Source: an uncultured Acetobacteraceae bacterium
GTDB lineage: Bacteria; Pseudomonadota; Alphaproteobacteria; Acetobacterales; Acetobacteraceae
Assembly (NCBI GenBank): GCA_964401305.1
Contig: CAYNYQ010000001.1
Coordinates: forward strand, 98 to 64,097
Length of the DNA: 64,000 bases
Direction: 5' to 3'
Shown here: positions 42,975 through 52,630 of the stretch, piece by piece
How positions within the stretch are numbered: position 1 is the stretch's first letter
Layout of the letters: each line of letters starts with the position of its first letter
Notes under the pieces: generated by a model
Seen by the model: the letters and a program-made list of their open reading frames with translations, nothing else
Told to the model about the DNA's origin: nothing
Databases searched by the model: none
Made by a program: the position numbers and the translations under genes

Positions 42975-43382
42975 TCAAATATCCTGTGTGAGGGCGCGAT
43001 ATCGCTGGATGCCGTGCCAGTAGGTGTCGTTCGGCGTCGTCTGCTGGAAGCTGGTCTGGAACTCGCAGCGCAGCAGGATCAGCCGCCCGCTGGTGAGGGT
43101 GATACTGCCCTCCTGATTGTGGAGCGCGGCGTTCACCAGCTTCATGAGGTTCTCGACTTCGAGCGGGCTTTCCTTCGAGCGCGAGAAGGCGTGCACCTCG
43201 AACTCGACGTCGTGCAGCTCCAGATCCTTGGCGCTGGCGTCGTCCACGGTCACATCGCCGATCCGCAGGTACGGGTACGCGGCACCGGCGGGGACGTGGC
43301 TGTAGATGCGCGTTCCGGCGGGCATGGCGGCGGTGAGGCGGGCGTAGATGCCCGCGCGTAGCGTCACGGTGTCGAGCGCCAT
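42975..43382 (-). CDS. tail terminator / tail completion protein (DUF3168-like)
   Basis: 135 aa. The position between HK97 gp10-like and tail tube genes, and the YPYLRIGD..V.VH.FS pattern. Confidence 0.65.
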   Translation of the reverse strand: MALDTVTLRAGIYARLTAAMPAGTRIYSHVPAGAAYPYLRIGDVTVDDASAKDLELHDVEFEVHAFSRSKESPLEVENLMKLVNAALHNQEGSITLTSGRLILLRCEFQTSFQQTTPNDTYWHGIQRYRALTQDI

Positions 43383-43385
43383 GGG

Positions 43386-43829
43386 CTACTTCTTCGCCGC
43401 TTTGCGGTTGGCCTTCTGCACGCCCTGCCTGAGGCGGGCCTCGATGCGCGGCTTCTCCTCCTTCAGCGCGGGACGGAAGAAGGGGCGCGCCGCCATCTTG
43501 TCGGTGCCGAATTCCAGCATGGCGGCGTAGTCCACGGCGCCACCCCCGGCCTTCACCAGTACGCGCTTGCGGGCCGGTTCCGGCTGCACGGTGATGGAGT
43601 TGACCAGGCGTCCGGTCTGGTTGGCCGGGGCCTCGCCGGGCGCGGATGCCTGCCGGGTGACGCTGCGAACCTTGTAGGTGCGGCCAGTCTTCGGCCCGGA
43701 CATGATGCGCCGCTTGGCGTTGGCCTCGATCATGTATCCGCCTGCCACGAGTGCGGCGGCGACTTCCTTGTCGATCTCGGCCTTCAGGCGCGTGCGGATG
43801 GTGACCCATTGCTGGAGGAGACTAGGCAT
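43386..43829 (-). CDS. HK97 gp10-family head-tail joining protein
   Basis: SGPKTGRTY...GEAPANQTGRL..S...VDYAAMLEFGTDKMAARPFFRPAL. Confidence 0.75.
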   Translation of the reverse strand: MPSLLQQWVTIRTRLKAEIDKEVAAALVAGGYMIEANAKRRIMSGPKTGRTYKVRSVTRQASAPGEAPANQTGRLVNSITVQPEPARKRVLVKAGGGAVDYAAMLEFGTDKMAARPFFRPALKEEKPRIEARLRQGVQKANRKAAKK

Positions 43830-44178
43830 CGAGTTCCCCCTCCCGGCAGCGCAGGACGAGCATGACGTTGGCCTCCTCGGGGTTCAGCGCCTCCACGATC
43901 TCGAACACGCGGGAGCCGAATAGGAGGCGTTGGTTGGCGGTGACGCCTGCGCGGTAGCGGATGGTCACCTTGTGGGTGATCGGCGTCTCAAGCTGGCCCA
44001 TGCGGAACGTCTGCATTCCGCTCTGCGGCTCGATCTTGGCCCACAGGTCGGTGACCTTGCTCCATGCGACGGTCGCGCCGCCGATGATGTCGGTGGTCTG
44101 CGTCTTGGCCTGCAGGGTGACGCGGTGGCGCAGCTCGCCGGGGCTGAGGCAGGGGCGCTTGCGGGGCGTGCAGCCCAT
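43822..44178 (-). CDS. head-tail adaptor (SPP1 gp16 / Phage_H_T_join type)
   Basis: LRHRVTLQ....D..GG....W......WA.IEP.SG.E.......THKVTIRYR pattern. Confidence 0.75.
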   Translation of the reverse strand: MGCTPRKRPCLSPGELRHRVTLQAKTQTTDIIGGATVAWSKVTDLWAKIEPQSGMQTFRMGQLETPITHKVTIRYRAGVTANQRLLFGSRVFEIVEALNPEEANVMLVLRCREGELDA

Positions 44179-44810
44179 CAGGCAGCCTTCAGGACGCGGT
44201 ACGGTGCCAGCAGCGCCATGGAGGCGTCGGGCAGGGCTCCGCAGTCGCGCGAGTGGTAGAATTCGGTGACGGCCTGCTTGATGGCGAGGCGGATCGGGGA
44301 GGGGATCGTCGCGGCGGTCGTGCCGTATCCCGCGAGGTAGGTGATCTCGGCGGCGGCGCGGTCGCGCAGCTCTCCGGGCCAGCTCTGGCCGTCCTTCAGG
44401 TACACCCGCGCCCCCGGCACATCGACGCCATAGACGGAGGTGGCCAGCGTCGAGGCGGTGTCGCTGCAGTCATAGGTCACGATGGAACTGACCTGCTGCA
44501 GCGGGGGCATGGGGAGGGGGACCGGGCCATAGCCGCCCATGACGAGGGAGACCGGCACCTCGCGCACCCCGTCCCACCAGCGGTCCTCGCGCGCCTTGTC
44601 CCGGGGGAAGGCATCCAAGGTGAGCTTCAGCGTCTGGGTGATCAGGGCGCGGCGCAGGTACTGCTCCGCCATGGCCCGGGCCGCCCCGATCATCTCGGCG
44701 ATGACGGAGTCCTCCGTGTCGCTGTCGAGGCGCAGGAAGAGCTTCATCTCCTCCACCGTCACCGGTTCAACGGTGGGTGGGGTGACGATGGTGACGGAGG
44801 TGCGGTCCAC
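44178..44810 (-). CDS. gp6-like head-tail connector protein
   Basis: VTVEEMKLFLRLDSDTEDSVIAEMIGAARAMAEQYLRRALITQT is the Phage_connect_1 N-terminal signature. GTG start. Confidence 0.7.
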   Translation of the reverse strand: MDRTSVTIVTPPTVEPVTVEEMKLFLRLDSDTEDSVIAEMIGAARAMAEQYLRRALITQTLKLTLDAFPRDKAREDRWWDGVREVPVSLVMGGYGPVPLPMPPLQQVSSIVTYDCSDTASTLATSVYGVDVPGARVYLKDGQSWPGELRDRAAAEITYLAGYGTTAATIPSPIRLAIKQAVTEFYHSRDCGALPDASMALLAPYRVLKAA

Positions 44811-44830
44811 GGGTCAGGCGGGCAGTTGTG

Positions 44831-45163
44831 TTACTCGGCAGCCTGAGCGGCTTCGATGGCGGCGATCAGGTCAGCCTTGCGCTCGCGTCCGGCCAGCTCA
44901 ATGCCAAGCTCCTTGGCCTTCTCGGTGAGCTGGGCAACGGTGAGGTCGGAGAGCTTCGGCTCGCCCTTGTTCTCCGGTGCACCGGACAGGGCCTTGTTCT
45001 CGTCGGGGCCATCGGCCTTCGCCTTGCCCTTCGGCGCGACGCCCAGTTCCTGCAGGCGGGTGAGCTGCTCGCCGTCGAAGACGTAGTCCTCGCCCTCGGC
45101 GAACTGGTGGATGTTGATGCCGTCGAACGCAACCTTGTCGGTCTTCAATGCGGTGAATTTCAT
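44831..45163 (-). CDS. head-associated protein with Rho-N/SAP-like C-terminal motif
   Basis: The C-terminal LSDLTVAQLTEKAKELGIELAGRERKADLIAAI resembles the Rho_N/SAP helix-hairpin. Confidence 0.55.
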   Translation of the reverse strand: MKFTALKTDKVAFDGINIHQFAEGEDYVFDGEQLTRLQELGVAPKGKAKADGPDENKALSGAPENKGEPKLSDLTVAQLTEKAKELGIELAGRERKADLIAAIEAAQAAE

Positions 45164-45243
45164 GGGAATGTCCTTTGATGGTGAGGAAGAGGGGGCGACG
45201 GCCTAGGTCACCGCCGCCCCGCTTCCGTTCAGGAGCCGCCGCG

Positions 45244-45654
45244 TTACGCGACGGGGCCGAGGCGGTTGTGACCGAGGATCGCGGTCGCTCCGAGGCCACC
45301 GCCGGACGTGACGCCGGTGGAGACCCAGCTCAGGCGCACGTAGCGCTTCGAGCCGATGTAGCCGATCTTCTTGGCCGTGTTGTCGTTCGCCGCGACGAAG
45401 GCGACGGAAGCTTCGGTCACGGTGAGGTCGGCATCGGCTACGGCGGCGGCGTCCGACTTATCCGAAGCGTTGGCTTCCTCGATCAGCGGCGTGAAGGTGC
45501 CGTCGGTGATGGTGGCCGACTGCATCGAGAAGGTCAGGCTGTCGAAGCCGTCGGTGTCGATCCACGTGCCGTTCGTCGTGGTGTTCGACGTGATGGAGGC
45601 GTGGTTGAAGGCGGGAGTGACCTTGATGTCACTCACCAGTTCGCGTTCTGCCAT
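45244..45654 (-). CDS. head decoration-like hypothetical protein
   Basis: 136 aa directly after the capsid gene and its hairpin. Confidence 0.5.
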   Translation of the reverse strand: MAERELVSDIKVTPAFNHASITSNTTTNGTWIDTDGFDSLTFSMQSATITDGTFTPLIEEANASDKSDAAAVADADLTVTEASVAFVAANDNTAKKIGYIGSKRYVRLSWVSTGVTSGGGLGATAILGHNRLGPVA

Positions 45655-45677
45655 GGGTATGGTCCTTTCAAATGAGA

Positions 45678-45699
45678 GGGGCGGCCCGGAAGCCGCCCC
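45678..45699 (-). terminator. hairpin after major capsid gene
   Basis: Perfect 8-bp stem GGGGCGGC/GCCGCCCC with a 6-nt loop, about 20 nt downstream of the capsid stop, followed on the mRNA by TCTCATTTG. Confidence 0.55.
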
Positions 45700-45720
45700 C
45701 GTGTTTCACTGGTTGATGGG

Positions 45721-47007
45721 TTACGCCGCGAGCTTCTGGAGCTTGAGGGCTTCCCAGTTGACGACGTCGCCGCCGACGCGCTTCGTGAAGTAGAACTCCA
45801 CGAAGGGCTTGGCGGTGTAGATGTCGCGGATCACGCGCACCCCGATGCGATCGACGATCAGGTAGCCCTGACGGAAGTCGCCGTAGGCCAGCGACAGGGC
45901 GTCGTTGGCGATGGCGGGCATGTCGTCCGCGAAGACGAAGCGCTGGCCCATGATGAGGGAGGTGAGGCCGACGTTCTTGTCGAACATCAGGTTGAAGATC
46001 GGGTGGTTCTCCCCGTCCTTCAGCTTCATCAGGGCGGCGAAGCTGGCACGCTTGCCCATGAAGACCGCGCCGGGCTGGTACGGCTCCTTCAATGCGGCCT
46101 GCAGGTCGACCAGGCCGTCATAGGTGAACGCGCCGTTGGAGCCGGACTTGATCTGCTCGATCTTGCCAGTCTCGAAGACGCCGGCGGACGTGTAGTTTCC
46201 GTAGCTCAGGAAGCCCTTCGGCTTGGCGATGCCGTCACCGGAGACGAACGCCGTGTTCTCGACGCGCGAGAACTTGTCCGCCACCTTCCCGGACAGCCAC
46301 GCCTCGACGTCGATCGAGGAGTCGTCCAGCATCTGCTGGGTGACCTTCGGCTTGGCGTACTGCTCGTGCACCGGGATTTCCTGCTTGCCGAAATCCGGGG
46401 TGTCGGTCGTGGTGCGGGTCTGCTTCTCGCCTGCCCAGCCACCGGACGCGGCTTCGTCGTTGTCGGTGACGAAGACGAGGCGGTCCGTGCCGATCGTGAT
46501 CTGCGAGGCCACGGCGCGGATCGGCGAGGTCTCGAACACGCGCTGCTGCATCATGGCGCCAAGCGCGGGCAGCACGGTGTAGCCGCCCTCGGTCTGGATC
46601 GCGACGCTGAGCTCCTTGAACTCCGGCGTCTGCTTCAGGAACTCGTCCATCGGCAGACGGGGGAAGGATTCACCGACACGAGCGAACTTGTTGAACGCCT
46701 CGGTCAGCTTCTTCTCGATGCCCTTGGCGTCGTCGCGCTTCTCGGCCGGCAGGCGCTGCAGCACGGCTTCGAGCTGGTTGAATCGTTCGGTGTCCGCCTT
46801 CTCCTTGGCTTCGAGCTTGAGCTGGAAGCTCTGAGACTGCTCGGCGGCCTTGGAAGCGATCTCGGTGACGCGGGCTTCGACATCTTTTTCGATGGCGTCG
46901 AGTTGCTCAGTCTTCTTCTCGAGGATGCCCTTGACGTCATTGACGGCTTTCAGGGCCTCTTCGGCTTGCCGGAGAACCTTCTCCTGCGTGATTACTTCAT
47001 TGGTCAT
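45721..47007 (-). CDS. HK97-fold major capsid protein with N-terminal delta/scaffold domain
   Basis: 428 aa. A roughly 110-aa coiled-coil N-terminus is followed by a capsid-like core. The gene follows the prohead protease. Confidence 0.9.
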   Translation of the reverse strand: MTNEVITQEKVLRQAEEALKAVNDVKGILEKKTEQLDAIEKDVEARVTEIASKAAEQSQSFQLKLEAKEKADTERFNQLEAVLQRLPAEKRDDAKGIEKKLTEAFNKFARVGESFPRLPMDEFLKQTPEFKELSVAIQTEGGYTVLPALGAMMQQRVFETSPIRAVASQITIGTDRLVFVTDNDEAASGGWAGEKQTRTTTDTPDFGKQEIPVHEQYAKPKVTQQMLDDSSIDVEAWLSGKVADKFSRVENTAFVSGDGIAKPKGFLSYGNYTSAGVFETGKIEQIKSGSNGAFTYDGLVDLQAALKEPYQPGAVFMGKRASFAALMKLKDGENHPIFNLMFDKNVGLTSLIMGQRFVFADDMPAIANDALSLAYGDFRQGYLIVDRIGVRVIRDIYTAKPFVEFYFTKRVGGDVVNWEALKLQKLAA

Positions 47008-47653
47008 AAAATCCTTTGAGAGTGGTGGTTAGCTTGGTGAGGGCCGTGAGGGTCGGCGTCAGGTCCTCAGCATCCCGCTGGGCGTCCTCTGCCTTGAATC
47101 CGTGAGCGGCGATGGCCTTCGCGCGCTCGCGGCTGAAGCCCCCTGCATCCCGCAGGAGTTCCTCGAATTCTCTGATGGTCTGTGGCGGCTCGCCCTTTAC
47201 GGCGATGACCCGCGCGTTCTCGTTGGCCGGGAAGGTGACGAGCGAAACCTCGTACAGCTTCACCGCCTTGATCAGGCGAACCTTGCTTCCCTTGTCCAGC
47301 TCCTCGGCCAGCGTGCGGAAGCCGATGGACATGGAGTCGAGCGCACCGGCCTTCGCCTCCTCGTAGCAGTCGCGCCCGAGGGTGGTGTTGAGGAATGCGC
47401 CCTTGAGGAACAGGCCCTTGCCGTCCTCGCGCGCTTCCGTCCACACGCCGCACAGCTTGTCGCTGCGGTGCTGGTACAGCATCTTTGGCATGCGCTGGCG
47501 CAGTGTCTCGGCGAAGGCGCCGGGGGCGATCACGTCACCATAGGCGTCCGGCTCACCGCCAAAGGTGGAGCCGTAGCCGGAGATCGTCATCAGGTCGCCG
47601 TCCTGCTTGACCTCCATGTCGTCGAAGCGGAAGGCTTTAAGTTCCTTGGTCAT
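46997..47653 (-). CDS. HK97-family prohead protease
   Basis: ISGYGSTFGGEPDAYGDVIAPGAF...MLYQH....G.W........GL...G......MSIGF.....L.EVSLVTFPAN. Confidence 0.9.
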   Translation of the reverse strand: MTKELKAFRFDDMEVKQDGDLMTISGYGSTFGGEPDAYGDVIAPGAFAETLRQRMPKMLYQHRSDKLCGVWTEAREDGKGLFLKGAFLNTTLGRDCYEEAKAGALDSMSIGFRTLAEELDKGSKVRLIKAVKLYEVSLVTFPANENARVIAVKGEPPQTIREFEELLRDAGGFSRERAKAIAAHGFKAEDAQRDAEDLTPTLTALTKLTTTLKGFYDQ

Positions 47654-48413
47654 CGGGTGCCTCTCTGTGGATGAGGGTGCATCGGCAGTTCACGGTGAGA
47701 CTGGCCGGTGCGAAGGGGTCGCCGGGGCGGTCCATCAGGACGCCGCCGACGGTGAATTTCTGGTCCAGCGGGATTGCCGGGTGCCGCGCCATCGCGGCGT
47801 GTGCGTCGCGGGTCCGGCTGTCGAGCGTAGGGACCCACTGCTTCATCAGCCTGAGGCCGTAGGTGCGCTCGGCTTCCTTTGCCGCTCCGGCCTGCGCGTA
47901 GAGCGCGGCCTGGTGCGTCTCGGTGCGGGCCACCACGGCGGCGCGGTAGGCCGAGAGCGCGGCCACGGTGCGGATGCGCCGGGCGATGGATTCGGTGCCT
48001 TCCCCCGCCTCGAAGCCTTTCTCCAGCGCGGTGAGCACGTCGGTGCGGGCCGTCTCGGTGATCTGACGGGACCGGCGCAGGGCCTCGGTGGCGATCCACT
48101 CCCGGATCAGGCGCTCGATCCATGTCTCCTCGGCCTTCTGCGTCAGCGTGGCGAGGTCGCCGGCGGTGAGGCGGGCGAAGCGAGCAATGACGCGACGGTA
48201 GTGGTCCTCGAGGATCAGCCGCAGCGCGGCGCGGTGAGCGATGGCCTCGCCGTCGAAGGCGCGGTCCCCGTTCAGGTAGTCCGACGCGCACTGCTCGACG
48301 AAGGCGTTGCGGAGGTTCTTCACCGCGCGGGCGAAGGGCACCTCCATCCGCACCAGAATCGCCTCGTTGCGGGCCTGCAGCGCCTCAGGACTGGGTATCC
48401 GGCGCAGGGTCAT
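47637..48413 (-). CDS. head morphogenesis protein (SPP1 gp7 / Mu F-like)
   Basis: ARTETHQA...WVPTLDSRTRDAHAAM......F.......PGDP......NCRCTL. Confidence 0.8.
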   Translation of the reverse strand: MTLRRIPSPEALQARNEAILVRMEVPFARAVKNLRNAFVEQCASDYLNGDRAFDGEAIAHRAALRLILEDHYRRVIARFARLTAGDLATLTQKAEETWIERLIREWIATEALRRSRQITETARTDVLTALEKGFEAGEGTESIARRIRTVAALSAYRAAVVARTETHQAALYAQAGAAKEAERTYGLRLMKQWVPTLDSRTRDAHAAMARHPAIPLDQKFTVGGVLMDRPGDPFAPASLTVNCRCTLIHREAPDDQGT

Positions 48414-49707
48414 CGGTGGCAGGGGCGGGCGGTTCGTTCAGGTCGGCCCCCGCCATGTCGAGCGGGATCTGGCCGGTCGGCACGAGGATCACCTTGCCCT
48501 CGCCGTTCGGCAGCTCGTCGAAGCCGCTCATCACGCGCTTCTCGTCCACGGTCAGCCAGGTCGCCTTGGCGGCGCGGTCGAACATGATCTGGCGGCGCGG
48601 CTCCAGCGCCCGGATCGAGTCCTCGTCGTAGGCGAGGCGGAGGCCCGGCTCGCCGTACTGGGGCACGAGCCAGCCGTTCAGGTATTCCAGCAGGCTGTCC
48701 AGCTCGGGCAGCACGGTGTTCTCCCAGAAGGAGAGCTGGGCCTGCTCGAAGTTGGCGAAGGTGGAATCGCCGGGGATGCCGAGCAGCTGGGGCGGCACGT
48801 CATGGGCCAACGCGATCAGGCGGGCGTTGGCCCAGAGGCCTTCGACATAGTCCATGTCCTTCGGGTTCATGGACATCTCGCGCCAGTCCATCCCGCCTTC
48901 GAGCAGCATCGGGTATCCGGCGTTGCCGGGGCCGCTGTACTGGCTGTCAATCTGTTCCCTCAGCCGGGTGAACTGCTCCTCTGAGAGCGTTGTCTGCGCG
49001 CCGTCCTTGCCGGTCATCACCATGGCGCCGGAGGGGCGCGCGCCGTTGTCGAGCAGCGCCTTGTTCCACGTCTGCGCCTTGTTGAACGTGTCGATCGAGT
49101 AGGCCGCGGCCTCCATGGGGGAGAGGCCGTACCAGTCCGACAGCGGGTGGAACGTGCGGAGCTGCAGCACGTCGGAGAAACCGGTCAGGAGGTTGACCGG
49201 GTAATCGCGCTGCACGTCGCCGACCTTGTAGCGGTAGGCGGTGGGCAGGCCGTCGCCGCCAAGCACGGTGACGCGGTCGGGGCGCAGCAGCCATAGCTCG
49301 GACGGTCCACCCTTGGGTTGGCGGGCCGCGTCGGTCATGGGCAGGCGGGTCAGGTAGGCGTTGCCCGCGATGAGCTTGAACGCGACGAGCGCCTCGATCA
49401 GCAGCGGGCCGGGCGTCATCGGGTTGGGCCGCTGCAGGAGCTTCAGGATGGCGTGGTCCTCGATGAGGTCCACCGTGCCGTTCGGGCTGACCTTCTCCAG
49501 CTGGAGCCGCACCGAGGCCACGGCACGGGCCTTCTTGGTGACGCAGGCGAAGCCGAGGGCGTTGGCGATGTAGCCTTCACGGGCGAACGCTTCCGGGCTG
49601 CGCTCCATCCACGCCGGCCACATCGAGCCGTAGGTGGGGAAGAACGCCGGGCGGTTCGGTGCCGTGGGTGTCTCGCTGCGGGCCTTAGCTCGGCTGAACG
49701 GCCACAT
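48385..49707 (-). CDS. portal protein (HK97 family)
   Basis: 440 aa between the terminase and MuF-like genes. LSPMEAAAYSIDT..A...N..LL.NGARPSG and QL..IP blocks. Confidence 0.9.
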   Translation of the reverse strand: MWPFSRAKARSETPTAPNRPAFFPTYGSMWPAWMERSPEAFAREGYIANALGFACVTKKARAVASVRLQLEKVSPNGTVDLIEDHAILKLLQRPNPMTPGPLLIEALVAFKLIAGNAYLTRLPMTDAARQPKGGPSELWLLRPDRVTVLGGDGLPTAYRYKVGDVQRDYPVNLLTGFSDVLQLRTFHPLSDWYGLSPMEAAAYSIDTFNKAQTWNKALLDNGARPSGAMVMTGKDGAQTTLSEEQFTRLREQIDSQYSGPGNAGYPMLLEGGMDWREMSMNPKDMDYVEGLWANARLIALAHDVPPQLLGIPGDSTFANFEQAQLSFWENTVLPELDSLLEYLNGWLVPQYGEPGLRLAYDEDSIRALEPRRQIMFDRAAKATWLTVDEKRVMSGFDELPNGEGKVILVPTGQIPLDMAGADLNEPPAPATDDPAPDTQS

Positions 49708-49725
49708 CGGCAGCAGGGTGTTGGT

Positions 49726-51114
49726 TCATCGTAGTGGTCTCCCGGCGTTGGGGGCGAGGCTCCGTATGCGCGGCTGCGCTTGGGGCTGATTGAGTTCGTT
49801 GAATGCTCCGGCCAGCGCGTCGACCTGGTCGTCCTTCGCCCCGGTGGGGAAGTTCTCCAGCTCGGTCAGGAACGCCTCGTTCCACGGGCCGCGCACCAGC
49901 TTGACGTTGCCGACCTCCGCCTGTGCCGAGACGGCGGAGGCGCGGACGATCTTGGAGCCGGTCTCGCGCTCGCTGCGGACCTGATACCCGGCCAGCATCG
50001 TCGTCAGGTTTTGCACCTGCGCCTTGCCTGCCTGTCCCGGGTCTTGCGGCAGGCCGATCAGGCAGTCCTTTCCGTCCAGCGCCGCCGTGGTGAGGATGGC
50101 CTGCTCGACACGGGCCGGGCTGGCCTGGAAGCGCTCGACATGCTCGACGTAGCAGGTGCCGTGCCGGTCGCGGGCCATCCGGAGGCCGACGGTCCAGTCA
50201 GGCTCCGCTCCATCTTTCGGGTCGGTCGCGGCGAGGTCCCAGCGGCGGATGCGCCGGGCATCGGCCGGGGCGGCGTCCACGATCTCGAAGTAGTGCCGCT
50301 TGAAGTAGAGCCCGGCGGCGGGCCTGATCTTCCAGTTGCCCTTCAGCAGCCTCTCGCGCTCGACCAGGTCGAGGGCCTTCAGGTTGCCGAGGTAGCCCGG
50401 GTCCCGCTCCAGCAGGATCTGGTTGTCGTACACGCTGGAGACGATGAACGTGACCGACTTTGGCTCGTGGTCCTCCGCGTCGGGGAAGCGCTCGAGCAGC
50501 TCGGCCTTCGTGTCGGCCCAGTGGATCGCCTCGCCCCGGCGCAGCATCCAGCGGATCACGCCGGAGCGCTCGGGGATGGCGTATCCCGTGTCGGGGTCGA
50601 TCCACCACGCGATGAACTCCGCGACCCAGCTATCGGCGTCGGGGTTGCACGTCGCGCGGACGTAGGGCCGGACGCCGCAGGTCGAGCGGTTCCGGCTCAG
50701 CATGTAGAAGAACTGGGTCCGGCTGAAGTGGGTCAGCTCGTCGAACAGGAGCAGCGCGATCTGCGCGCCCTGCCAGTCGTATTTCGTGTCCTCGTGCTCG
50801 AGGTGGCCGAAGCCGATCCGCGAGCTGCTGCTGAACAGCCACTTCTTGAGCTGGACGTTCGGCGTCGCGCCTAGCAGCTTGTAGAGGCCGGAGCTGGTGT
50901 CCCACAGGCCTCCCTCTTTCGTCACGTCCGCCAGCGTGCGGCGGAAGATCACCGCGCCGAAGTCCGGCACGTGGATGTGCCGGAGCGGCTCCAGCAGGAG
51001 GGCGTAGCTTTTGCCGCCGCCCGCCGCCCCGCCGTAGATGGCGATGTCGGCCGAGGTGGCGAGGAATGCTTCCTGAGGCCCCGGCTGCGGTCGCAGCTCG
51101 ACGGAGGCCGTCAC
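49726..51114 (-). CDS. terL: terminase large subunit
   Basis: Walker A IYGGAAGGGKSY, Walker B LLLFDELTHF, and a C-terminal nuclease part with DDQVDAL. The GTG start overlaps the terS stop. Confidence 0.9.
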   Translation of the reverse strand: MTASVELRPQPGPQEAFLATSADIAIYGGAAGGGKSYALLLEPLRHIHVPDFGAVIFRRTLADVTKEGGLWDTSSGLYKLLGATPNVQLKKWLFSSSSRIGFGHLEHEDTKYDWQGAQIALLLFDELTHFSRTQFFYMLSRNRSTCGVRPYVRATCNPDADSWVAEFIAWWIDPDTGYAIPERSGVIRWMLRRGEAIHWADTKAELLERFPDAEDHEPKSVTFIVSSVYDNQILLERDPGYLGNLKALDLVERERLLKGNWKIRPAAGLYFKRHYFEIVDAAPADARRIRRWDLAATDPKDGAEPDWTVGLRMARDRHGTCYVEHVERFQASPARVEQAILTTAALDGKDCLIGLPQDPGQAGKAQVQNLTTMLAGYQVRSERETGSKIVRASAVSAQAEVGNVKLVRGPWNEAFLTELENFPTGAKDDQVDALAGAFNELNQPQAQPRIRSLAPNAGRPLR

Positions 51115-51602
51115 GTCTCCTCGCTGGCGTCATCCCTCCCGTTGCTCGGAAGATAGACCTGCACCGGCGATGCGGCGGGAAGCGCCTTGCCGTCGGGGTC
51201 GCTGATCGCCTGGTTGATCCGCTCGCCGTACTTCTTCGGATTCATCCGGGCCAGCATCTTCAGGCGGGTATCGACGCGGAGCCGGGAGCGGCTGATCCAC
51301 TCGCTATCCGGTACTTCCTGCTCGTAGTCGCCGCGCTTGATGACCTTCGTGTCGCGGTGCGTCTCGTCGGCGATTTCGAGGCAATCCTCGAACAGGGCTT
51401 CTTCCCGGGCCTGCATCGCGCGGGCGTACTGGTCCTTCTGCTCTGGCGTGGCATGGAGCGAGAGCCAGTCATAGAAGCGATTACGACGCTTGTCCGTGCA
51501 CTCGTCGCGGAAGAAGGCGTGCACGCTGTGGCCGTCGGTGATGTAGTCGCACAGGCGGTCGAGCAGGTCCTGCGAGATGTATTCTGCGGAGATGGTGCTC
51601 AT
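51111..51602 (-). CDS. terS: terminase small subunit
   Basis: ATG at 51602. RLRVDTRLKMLARMNPKKYGERI is the conserved terS C-terminal block, directly upstream of terL. Confidence 0.7.
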   Translation of the reverse strand: MSTISAEYISQDLLDRLCDYITDGHSVHAFFRDECTDKRRNRFYDWLSLHATPEQKDQYARAMQAREEALFEDCLEIADETHRDTKVIKRGDYEQEVPDSEWISRSRLRVDTRLKMLARMNPKKYGERINQAISDPDGKALPAASPVQVYLPSNGRDDASEET

Positions 51603-51727
51603 GGAGACTGGAAGAAAAGCCCCGCCGGTGAGGGCAGGGCTTTCAAGGAGGAGTCTAACGAGTAAGGAAAGACGACAATGGATTCTCCCAAATACTACCG
51701 AAACAGTTCCGGTGTGTAAAGGCGGCG

Positions 51728-52609
51728 TCAATCCTTAGTCGCATTCTGATAATGGAGCCTCAACCGGTCGAGTGCTTTACGGAAGCGCGGCATCTTCGCG
51801 TTCTTGTCTTGGCAGCAGGGGAAGGAGCCGGTGGCGAGGGCGCTGCCATACAAGCATACGTGTATGATCATGGCACGATCGGTGGGGTCGGGGATGGCGG
51901 CGATGGCGCGGCGCAGGCGTCGGTCGGCGTCGATGTTGGGCAGGGGCCAGTCGGGCAGCTTGCCCCCGTCCACCATGATGCGGCCCATTTCGGGGACGAT
52001 GGCGGGCGGGATGGAGGCTTCTTCGTAGTCGAGCCAGAGGCGCATCCCGGCCTCGTACTGCGGGTGGGTGATCAGTCCCTTTGTGCGGTAGAGGGTCAGG
52101 GCCTTGTTGGGGGCGCGGACGAAGGCGGGGCGGGCGCCGCGGCCGAGGCCGGTCACCTCGAGCAGCTGGGGCGCGACGCCGAGTTTCTGGGGCTCGGGGT
52201 CGCGGTCGATGAACCGGTAAACCGGGATGCCGGCTTGATTGATGGCACGCTGCATCTTGGCGGCGTTCTCGACGGCGCGGCGGGCGCGGTTGCGCGTCTT
52301 CCGGGCCTTCCGGCGAATGGCAGGTGATGTGTCCGTGGCGGCGGGCCCGGGCTCTTCCGACTGTCGAAGACGCTTGATCAGGTCGGCGAGCGCGTGCCGG
52401 TCCAGCTCGATTGCGCCATGCTTCACGGCGAGCTTACGCTTCGCCTGGCAGATGTCGTAGTGCGGCGTGCTCGCCCGGCGCTGGAACCACTTCCGGGCCA
52501 CGCCGATCTGGTCGGCCATGGCGTGAAGCTCATCGGGCGTGTCCGCCAGCATGTGGCACATGATCATGCGGCCGTAGCGGTGTCGGGCATTGTCAACGTA
52601 GACGGGCAT
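51728..52609 (-). CDS. DUF4031-domain fusion protein
   Basis: ATG at 52609 with an AAGGAGG RBS. MPVYVDNARHRYGRMIMCHMLADTPDELHAMADQIGVARKWFQ..HYDI is DUF4031-like. About 200 extra C-terminal residues are of unknown function. Confidence 0.65.
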   Translation of the reverse strand: MPVYVDNARHRYGRMIMCHMLADTPDELHAMADQIGVARKWFQRRASTPHYDICQAKRKLAVKHGAIELDRHALADLIKRLRQSEEPGPAATDTSPAIRRKARKTRNRARRAVENAAKMQRAINQAGIPVYRFIDRDPEPQKLGVAPQLLEVTGLGRGARPAFVRAPNKALTLYRTKGLITHPQYEAGMRLWLDYEEASIPPAIVPEMGRIMVDGGKLPDWPLPNIDADRRLRRAIAAIPDPTDRAMIIHVCLYGSALATGSFPCCQDKNAKMPRFRKALDRLRLHYQNATKD

Positions 52610-52630
52610 AACCCTCCTTGGGCTGAAGTG

